This document shows positions 55,193 through 64,000 of a stretch of 64,000 bases of DNA, piece after piece (position 1 is the first letter of the stretch; each line of letters opens with the position of its first letter). The notes beneath the pieces were generated by a model. It did no database searches. It had not been told where the DNA came from and was given only the letters and a program-made list of their open reading frames with translations. Source of the stretch: Eledone cirrhosa (lineage: Eukaryota); assembly GCA_964016885.1 (NCBI GenBank), contig OZ024745.1, forward strand, positions 102,548,001-102,612,000, read 5' to 3'. The position numbers and the translations under genes were made by a program.

Positions 55193-55525
55193 ATGGTTAT
55201 GTAATAAACAACATAAGGCAATTATTCCATTTACCAGTGGTTTCTTAAAAGCAAAAAGTTTTGCTTTCAATCATCAGAATGAAAAATCCTGGTCTGTTTA
55301 TTGAATTTGGATTTTAAAATCCAAATAGGTTTTTTAAAATCCAAATTCAATAAACAGACCAGGATTTTTTCATTCTGATGATTGAAAGCAAAATTTTTTG
55401 CTTTTAAGAAACCACTGGTAAATGGAATAATTGCCTTATGTTGTTTATTACATAACTATTAAGCTCTGTTACCTACATAGAGCACTCTTTTTTCCTGGAC
55501 TTTTCTGATGGAATTACTTCATTCA
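55193..55525 (+). mobile_element. Short PLE-type foldback insertion (arms ~127 bp) with tail
   Basis: 55193-55320 is the reverse complement of 55333-55459. The tail AGAGCACTCTTTTTTCCT is shared with 40570-40600. Flanked by TA runs. Confidence 0.8.
55369..55426 (+). ncRNA. Type I hammerhead ribozyme (mirror copy at 55226-55283, minus strand)
   Basis: TTCATT-CTGATGA-TTGAAAGCAAA attt TTTGCTTTTAA-GAA-ACC act GGT-A-AATGGA; intact core and a GUA triplet. Confidence 0.8.
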
Positions 55526-56147
55526 TACATATATATTTATATATATATATAGGAAAAAGTGCACTAGTAAACTGAAGTGTACGATAAAGTTATATCTATA
55601 TACATACAGAGTGGGTAACTGAGACAGCACCAATGTATTTATAAATATATTTAATTTTTTCTAACTGCTTATTTGTGATTTATTGTTCCTGTGATTTATT
55701 GCATATCCAACAGAGCATACTCTATTTGTTTCTTCTGAACATTCCACCAGAAACTTGAACATGTCTGGATTGGCTCAACACTATGCCTCACTCCATTTGA
55801 GGCTAAACTGTGAGCAACAATTCATTTTTAGTCTGTAATCCTCCAACCTTCTTGGATTGAGCTGACCATCCCAGCTCCTCAAACAAAACAAAAACAAAAC
55901 AAAACAACAACAATTGGGACTTTTGGCATGGTCTGACTCAACAAAATAGTTCTAGTTGTCGAGATGATCATACCTTGGAATTTCTAGATAGAAGTACTTC
56001 ATGGAAGAAAGCTTTAGAATTATGATGACTTAAGAGAGTTATGTGAGATTTGATGATGAAGGATAGGATGTAGAGGTTTTGTAACTAGGGCTTTTCTCAT
56101 CTGAGTGGTATTAAGCACAGCAAAAAGTTAGCAGAATTGTAATTAAT

Positions 56148-56353
56148 TGTTTCTACTTTTAGCACAAGGCCAGCAATTATCCCAGTGCATTATTGGTACT
56201 TTATTTTATAGACCCCATAAGGATGAAAGGCAAAGTTAACCTCGGCGGGATTTGAACTCACATTGTAAAGTCCCGTAACTCCAGGTTGCAAAGCATGTTG
56301 TCCAACCTTCTAACAATACTGTGAATCTACTGCCCTTTGTCAAACCACCGCTC
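56148..56353 (-). mobile_element. Major SINE with TSD and a short 5' extension
   Basis: TAGCAGAATTGTAATTAAT at ~56129 and ~56354; ~18 nt lie between the SINE head and the TSD. Confidence 0.85.
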
Positions 56354-56811
56354 TAGCAGAATTGTAATTAATGAACTGCAGGGGTAACCAGAAAATAGAT
56401 TGTCATTGTTTAGACTCAAGATCCTCCTAAACAAAGATAAATGAGACAGTGTGCTTTGTGATAAACTTGGTAGGAACAACCTAAGGTTGGCCAGTATATA
56501 CGTAGAGTTGTTGAGAGAAGGGAGTACGTTGCTTTTGAGAAGTTAGGCATCCTACTGCAGCAACAATATTGCTGGGAACACCTGAAGAAAGCAATAATAT
56601 CAGAAAATCACAATTCATAGTAATATGCAGTTAGGATTTGTTGACAGAAATATTAGATAACATAAATTGTGTGTAGAATATCATTGTTAATTAAAAAGAG
56701 AAACTTAAATAAATCATTGAAATGACAAAACGATAAAATATATTAAATCTAAAACAAAAAAGCTGTTCTCTTTGAATATACTAGTGATATATGAACTTTA
56801 TGTAGAAAATG

Positions 56812-58924
56812 GTAGCTGTTCCCTATAGTAGAGAGGAGTAGAGAGATGTAGACTGTTCCCTATAGTAGAGAGAAGGGGTGGAGAGATGTAGACTGTTCCC
56901 TATAGTAGAGAGAAGGGGTGGAGAGATGTAGACTGTTCCCTATAGTAGAGAGAAGGGGTGGAGGTATGTAGACTGTCCCCTATAATAGAGAGAAGGGCTG
57001 GAGAGATGTAGACTATTCCCTATAGTAGAGAGAAGTTGTAGAGAGGTGTAGACTGTTCCCTATAGTAGAGAGAAGGGGTGGGGAGATGTAGACTGTTCCC
57101 TATAGTAGAGAGAAGGGGTGGAGGTATGTAGACTGTCCCCTATAGTAGGGAGAAGGGGTAGAGAGATGTAGACTGTTCCCTATAGTAGAGAGAAGGGGTG
57201 GAGGTATGTAGACTGTTCCCTATAGTAGAGAGAAGGGTTGGAGAGATGTAGACTGTTCCCTATAGTAGAGAGAAGGGGTGGAGAGATGTAGACTGTTCCC
57301 TATAGTAGAGAGAAGGTGTAGAAGGATGTAGACTGGTTCCTATAGTAGAGAGAAGGGGTGGCGAGATGTACACTGTTCCCTATAGTAGAGAGAAGAGGTG
57401 GAGAGATGTAGAATGTTCCCTATAGTAGAGAGAAGTTGTAGAGAGGTGTAGACTGTTCCCTATAGTAGAGAGAAGCGGTGGGGAGATGTAGACTGTTCCC
57501 TATAGTAGAGAGAAGGGGTGGAGATATGTAGACTGTCCCCTATAGTAGAGAGAATGGCTGGAGAGATGTAGACTGTTCCCTATAGTAGAGAGAAGGGCTG
57601 GAGAGATGTAGACTGTTCCCTATAGTAGAGAGAAGTTGTAGAGAGGTGTAGACTGTTCCCTATAGTAGAGAGAAGGGGTGGGGAGATGTAGACTGTTCCC
57701 TTTAGTAGAGAGAAGGGGTAGAGAGATGTAGACTGTCCCCTATAGTAGAGAGAAGGGCTGGAGAGATGTAGACTGTTCCCTATAGTAGAGAGAAGGGGTG
57801 GAGAGATCTAGACTGTTCCCTATAGTAGAGAGAAGGGGTGGAGGTATGTAGACTGTACCCTATAGCAGAGAGAAGGGGTGGAAAGATGTAGAATGTTCCC
57901 TATAGTAGAGAGATTGAGTGGAGAGATGTAGACTGTTCCCTATAGTAGAGAGAAGGGGTGGAGGTATGTAGACTGGCCCCCTATAGTAGAGAGAAGGGGT
58001 AGAGAGATGTAGACTGTTCCCTATAGTAGAGAGAAGGGGTGGAGGTATGTAGACTGTTCCCTATAGTAGAGAGAAGGGGTAGAGAGATGTAGACTGTTCC
58101 CTATAGTAGAGAGAAGGGGTGGAGAGATGTAGACTGTTCCCTATAGTAGAGAGAAGGGGTGGAGAGATGTAGACTGTTCCCTATAGTAGAGAGAAGGGGT
58201 GGAGAGATGTAGACTGTTCCCTATAGTAGAGAGAAGGTGTAGAAGGATGTAGACTGGTTCCTATAGTAGAGAGAAGGGGTGGAGAGATGTACACTGTTCC
58301 CTATAGTAGAGAGAAGAGGTGGAGAGATGTAGAATGTTCCCTATAGTAGAGAGAAGGGGTGGAGAGATGTAGACTGTTCCCTATAGTAGAGAGAAGGGGT
58401 GGAGATATGTAGACTGTCCCCTATAGTAGAGAGAAGGGGTGGAGAGATGTAGAATGTTCCCTATAGTAGAGAGTAGGGCTGGGGAGATGTAGACTGTTCC
58501 CTATAGTAGAGAGAAGGGGTGGAGAGATGTAGAATGTTCCCTGTAGTAGAGAGAAGGGGTGGGGAGATGTAGACTGTTCCCTATAGTAGAGAGAAGGGGT
58601 GGAGAGATGTAGAATGTTCCCTATAGTAGAGAGTAGGGCTGGGGAGATGTAGACTGTTCCCTATAGTAGAGAGAAGGGGTGGAGAGATGTAGAATGTTCC
58701 CTGTAGTAGAGAGAAGGGGTGGGGAGATGTAGACTGTTCCCTATAGTAGAGAGAAGGGGTGGAGAGATGTAGAATGTTCCCTATAGTAGAGAGAAGGGGT
58801 GGGGAGATGTAGACTGTTCCCTATAGTAGAGAGAAGGTGTAGAAGGATGTAGACTGGTTCCTATAGTAGAGAGAAGGGGTGGGGAGATGTAGACTGTTCC
58901 CTATAGTAGAGAGAAGGGGTGGAG
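56812..58924. repeat. 40-bp minisatellite, ~52 copies
   Basis: Unit GACTGTTCCCTATAGTAGAGAGAAGGGGTGGAGAGATGTA, with one 1-bp phase shift near 57980. Confidence 0.98.
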
Positions 58925-59959
58925 AAACTAAGAAAAGAAAGAGGGAACAAATAAGTAACTTCAAGAGGAAAACAAGACTTTCATTGCAACAATGACAATT
59001 TCCTTACAAAGTGAAGTTTAAAAAAGAATCATACCCTGCTCTGCACATATCTAAATAGATAAAAATCAGGCTGTCCCATTTTTTCTACTGCAACAAGACC
59101 TGGCCTTTATTTCCCCCTGCATCATCTTTAACCATGTCTTGTTTTTATTTCCTTTTCTCTACTTCCTTTCACATTCATTTTCATCACCCTTCACCCAGTC
59201 ACTTTTATCATTTCTCAGTACATGACCCAACCATCTCATTCCATTTCTTTTCACAACATTCATCACTGAATCTATTTCTATCATCTTCTGAAATTCTTTA
59301 TTTTGACTTCTGACTCAACATAATCAAATATATTGTCATTAACTTTATAATCATCTTCTTTTCCATGTTAGACTTCTTTGCACTATTGTACCTTCAGTCT
59401 AATGACTGAACAGTCTACTGACCTGACTATATATGGTACAGAATAAACAGACTGCCTTAGAGTTCTACAAAAGAAAGTATTGATTTATAATATTAAGTTT
59501 GCACTTCTAACTCAGATAACAAGCAATGTGAGAATAAAGTGAATATTTTACAACTAAAGTGATGAGAAAACATTTTTCATTATTTACTATGGAAAATATA
59601 GCTTCTAAATGTTTAAACATTTCTAGAGAAAAGCACTTTTTAATCTGAAATTGTAAAGAAATCAAAAGGAGAAGAATTTAACCATTCAATTACTGCTCAA
59701 TGAAATTTATTTTTCTACATATAGCTAGTCTACAGTAAGTAGAGTGCTGTTCTTTGCTGAAAGGTTTGCAATCAATTTATGTTGTAATGCTTCTGCATGA
59801 CACTTTATTTCTTAATAGGGCAAGCCACACAGATAACACATGAACATGTCTTATAATCAATCATGCATTACACTATCAATGAATGCACAAAGTACAAATT
59901 ATACTGGCAATTTTAATTAGCCTTATTTTATCTTTGATATAATTAGCATTTAACTCAGT

Positions 59960-60485
59960 GGACAGAATAATAGTGATTTCCACTATAGGCACAAGGCCAG
60001 TAATTTGGGGGAGGGGAAGTCAATTAAATCGACCCCAGTGTGTGACTGGTACTTTTATTGACTCCTTAAGGATGAGAGTCAAAGTTAACCTCGGAATTTG
60101 AACTCAGACCGTAAAGGGCCATAACCCAAAGCATGGTGCCTGACGCTCTACCAATACTGCCAATCTACTAATCCAGTGGACAGAATAATAATTGTTTCTA
60201 CTTTTGGCACAAGGCCAGAAATTATTCCAGTGTATTACTAGTACTTTATTTTATCAACCCCATAAGGATGAAAGGCAAAGTTAACCTTGGCAAGATTTGA
60301 ACTCAGACCATGAAGGGCCGTAACTCTTTGCTGCAAAGCCTGGCGCCTGACCCTCTACCGATACTGCCAATCCACCGCCCTTTGGACAGAATAATAATTG
60401 TTTCGACTTTAGGCACAAGGCCAGCAATTACCCAGTACATTACTGGTACTTTATTTTATCGACCCCCGTAAGGACAGAATAATAA
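59960..60485 (-). mobile_element. Three head-to-tail SINEs separated by the same target sequence
   Basis: GGACAGAATAATA occurs four times (~59960, 60178, 60384, 60472), bracketing SINEs of different subtypes and lengths. Confidence 0.88.
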
Positions 60486-62475
60486 TGATACTTCATATCA
60501 ATTTAGTTTAAAATAAACACAAAATGAGAATGTATTTTCAGTATTGTATAAAGTAGAGTCTCAATAATTATTTTGTTCATTTATATTACTGATTTCAAGT
60601 CTGAGCCCATACAGAAGAAATGTTAGCAACTAGTTCTGAACAAAGCACTGAAGCAAAAGCTCTCAATCAGTCAGAAGAGATGTCTCTGGTGAGCATTTGA
60701 CAAAACCAGAAAGAATTAAATCTGTTGACTGTAACTGAATGTTTAACCCTTTAGCATTTAAACCTGCCATATCTGGCCAGAATTCTCTCATCTCTTTCTG
60801 TTCAAACCAGCTGTAACTGGCCACTCATATTGATGTTAAGGTATTGTTCTCTAAATAAATAATATCAAAATCTCATAGATTTGATATTATTTGAGGTAAT
60901 TATGTGAAGTAAAGCCTTCAGCATGAAAATACAATAGTAAATATAGAGTAATGTTAATGTCAAGGGTTAAAAATGTTGTAGTTATGACCCAAATACTACA
61001 AATTCAATCTTTGATTCCTATATTTCCTAATGATTTTATCAATACGCTAAAATCACTTGACCCATGCTTATGTGGAAAAATGGACCTAAAAAAGTGATGA
61101 TGATACTTCATCCCATATCATCTGATGTATAATTAGATATAAATTCTACTAAGTATATATAAGTTCATACATATTAAGTCTACCTTTGGTAGGATTATAT
61201 GAGAACATGTTTTAAAAATGTCCAGTCATTTATACTAGAAAGTCTATTAATGACTTAGCCATCTACACTCAAAGAATTAGTCAGCCATTAAGAAAATAAA
61301 AATATATGAATAATATATATTTAAATTCTGCTTAAATATATATTATTCATTAGAAATGTTAAGATAAGTTTAATGTAGATATAAGTACATTTTTTTTATT
61401 ATTAGAAGCCTTGCCGGGAAAATAAGAAATTTTAAGAATACTTTCTATTATTCTCTCTATACAAAAAAAAAATTTAACTCAGTCTAATTCGTATGACATG
61501 CATTCATATTGCAAAACTGCTTGATATAAATAGTAATATCATAAAGATTCTCTATTAGCAGACATATACACATAGTTATTTTCTGATGGCAATAAGTTCT
61601 ACAGATAATCTCACATATTTTCTATGTATAGATAGAATACTAGAAAGTGTGTTTACATTTGTTTCTTTTCACAGCAAGTCTTCTATTTCAAAACTTGTAT
61701 TTATATCTACATTAAACTAACCACAAATATATGAATTTGAATTTGAAAACCATCCAATTGATATTAACCCCGAAAATATTTGTAAAATAATTAAAACCAA
61801 AAGAAAACTTAACATGGTAATATTTTAGTATTATAACCAAGGCATTAAAATGTTTTTTAATCTTTCTACCTTCAAATAATAAAAAGTGAGAATAATAAAC
61901 ATAGTTATTTATCGTGATGGTGACATGGTAAAAAGCATCCAGTCCACACTGTAAATTGGTTGTGTAGATATCAATACAAAAAGCATCTAACCCACACTGT
62001 AAAGTGGTCATGATGGTGACACAGTAAAAAGCACCCAACCCACACTGTAAAGTCGTCATGTAGGCATCATATCACAAATCACCCAGTACTCACTTTAAAT
62101 GAGGTTGACATTAGGAAGGGCATCTAGCCATAGAAACCAAGCCAAAATCAGTTCTGTATGAGCAAGACATGATCACCTGACCTAACATTGCCCACAACAG
62201 GACAACTCGTATAACCCATGTCAGCATGGAAAAATAAACATAAAAGAAAGATGATGATGATGATGAATCCTCTACATTACTTCATGAGTCAAACACCAGG
62301 TAACTGAATGATTAAACATTGATTGTCAAATCCAGCAGGAGTTTCCTCATTATCATTGTTAGTGATACTACTGAAAATCCTGATTCTACAGAAACTCAAT
62401 AGTTTAGATTTGTACCAATCAAGAGCTTAAAAGGAGTGACAAAAATAATTAACTTTGTTGTTATTAAACAGGTGT

Positions 62476-63020
62476 GATGGTTGTCAAATTGGCAGTCATT
62501 AGACTGTCAGACAACATATGTGAAGGTTGGTGAATTGGCAGAATTGGTAGATTGTCAGACAACAGATGTGAAGGTTGGTGAATTGGCAGAATTGGCAGAG
62601 TGTCAGATAACATGTCTGAAGGTTGGTCAATTGGTAGAATTGGTAGAAATGTCAGACAACATGTCTGAAGGTTGGTCAATTGGCAGAATTGGTAGAAATG
62701 TCAGACAACATGTCTGAAGGTTGGTTAATTGGCAGAATTGGTAGAAATGTCAGACAACATGTCTGAAGGTTGGTCAATTGGCAGAATTGGTAGAAATGTC
62801 AGACAACATGTCTGAAGGTTGGTTAATTGGCAGAATCGGTAGAATGTCAGACAAAATTATTTTTGGTATTTGTTTTGATTCTTTATTTTCTGAGTTCAAA
62901 TCATATTAAGATAAGTTTACCTTTGATCTGTGTCAATCAAGTACTGGGGTCAATTTAATTGACCATTTCCCTCCACCCCCACCCCAACATTTATGGCCTT
63001 GTGCCTATGATTGACTTTAT
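62476..63020 (+). repeat. Old SINE whose 5' head is amplified into a ~49-bp tandem array (~7-8 units, 62480-62853)
   Basis: Unit GTCAGACAACATGTCTGAAGGTTGGTCAATTGGCAGAATTGGTAGAAAT runs into CTGAGTTCAAATC and the SINE tail GGCCTTGTGCC. TSD TTATTAAACAGGTGT at 62461 and 63021. Confidence 0.85.
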
Positions 63021-64000
63021 TTATTAAACAGGTGTTTAGAACATGAACCATTTTATAAAATTATATGGAAGATTTTAATTTAAGTGAAGAATATGACGTG
63101 AGGATTGTATCATTCAACCTTGGGCAGTCCCATACAGTTTGGTGAAGGGTTTTATAGAAAATATTTAAATACACAGATTAATTTGATTTGAATGAGTTTG
63201 GGGGAAAAATTAACCAATCCTCATTGCCACCACTCTCCCCTCCTCCTATTCATCCATTACCCTCATCATATTCATCACTCTCCTCCTCCTCCTCCTCCTC
63301 CTCATTATTCACATCTCTTCTCCACCGCCATGTCATCATCATCTTCCTTATTATTATCATCCTTATCAGAATTATCATCTCACCTATCTTCATCATTATT
63401 ATTTTTTCCATGATCTTTCTGTCATTGTATTTATAACCATCACCACTACCAAAACAACAACCACAAGCTTGATAATAATAGTACTTTCAATAGCAATAGA
63501 AGCGAAATGGTTTGACCCTGTAGCAACATTTCAATAAACAATATTCTTTTCATACCATCCTATAGGTTATATGAATAATTATTTCTAAGAATTATTTTGC
63601 CGCTGCTGCCACTAATGCTAGTTTCAATTTCTTCTATTGTCAGCAACACATTTTCTGCAGTTGGCATATCACAAGCTGAAATCTTCTATTCCATATTGCT
63701 GGATGTTTCAAAGAGAAAATGCAGCCCTCAGTACAGTGCCAATGCAAAAACAATTGCTTACATTCCCTATGTTTTAATGAAATAAGTACATGTGATGCAT
63801 GAAAAATGAAAGCACATGACCCAGTGGTTAGGGTATTTGGGCTAATATGTTTGATTCTTGAACCAGGCAGTACATTTTATCTTCTAGCAAGGCACTTCAT
63901 TTCATGTAGCTCCACTCCACTTAACTGAAAACGGACTACCAGCAGCAGCAGCTGATCATTAACCTTGCATTGGACTACTCTCCCATCCAAGGGCAGTCTT

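Noticed and set aside
56821-56833. CCCTATAGT resembling the reverse T7 promoter (vector contamination)
   Set aside because: Only 9 bases match, GAGTCGTATTA is absent, and the sequence is part of the repeat unit.
56812-58924. CRISPR-like array
   Set aside because: The variable part is only point variants of one sequence. There are no unique spacers and no cas genes, and the context is eukaryotic.

Overview
AT-rich eukaryotic, repeat-dominated DNA with no host protein-coding exon that I can support; it reads as intergenic or deep intronic sequence. The tRNA-derived SINEs, the RTE LINEs with (GAT)n tails and the dense (TA)n/(CA)n tracts resemble an octopus/cephalopod genome (inference from recalled families, not a search). 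Contents: a frameshifted L1/Tx1-type LINE 3' half (1-2580); many RTE-clade LINE pieces, the longest at 35100-36665 with a PHD finger inside the ORF; about 20 copies of one SINE plus other SINE types; three or four non-autonomous Helitrons; piggyBac-, hAT- and Tc1-like MITEs; a fossil hAT transposase (~9900-11870) that the ORF track does not show; a 40-bp minisatellite; and a 49-bp array grown from a SINE head. The most striking layer is a set of Penelope-like elements (PLEs) and short non-coding relatives inserted in (TA)n tracts. They repeatedly show an inverted arm plus a one-sided tail (arms of ~35 bp to ~1.17 kb), and they carry at least nine hammerhead-ribozyme-like motifs of several sequence families. 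One variant-core motif (CAGAAGA) is also found inside a Helitron. Coordinates were read by eye and may be off by a few bases, more for decayed elements.
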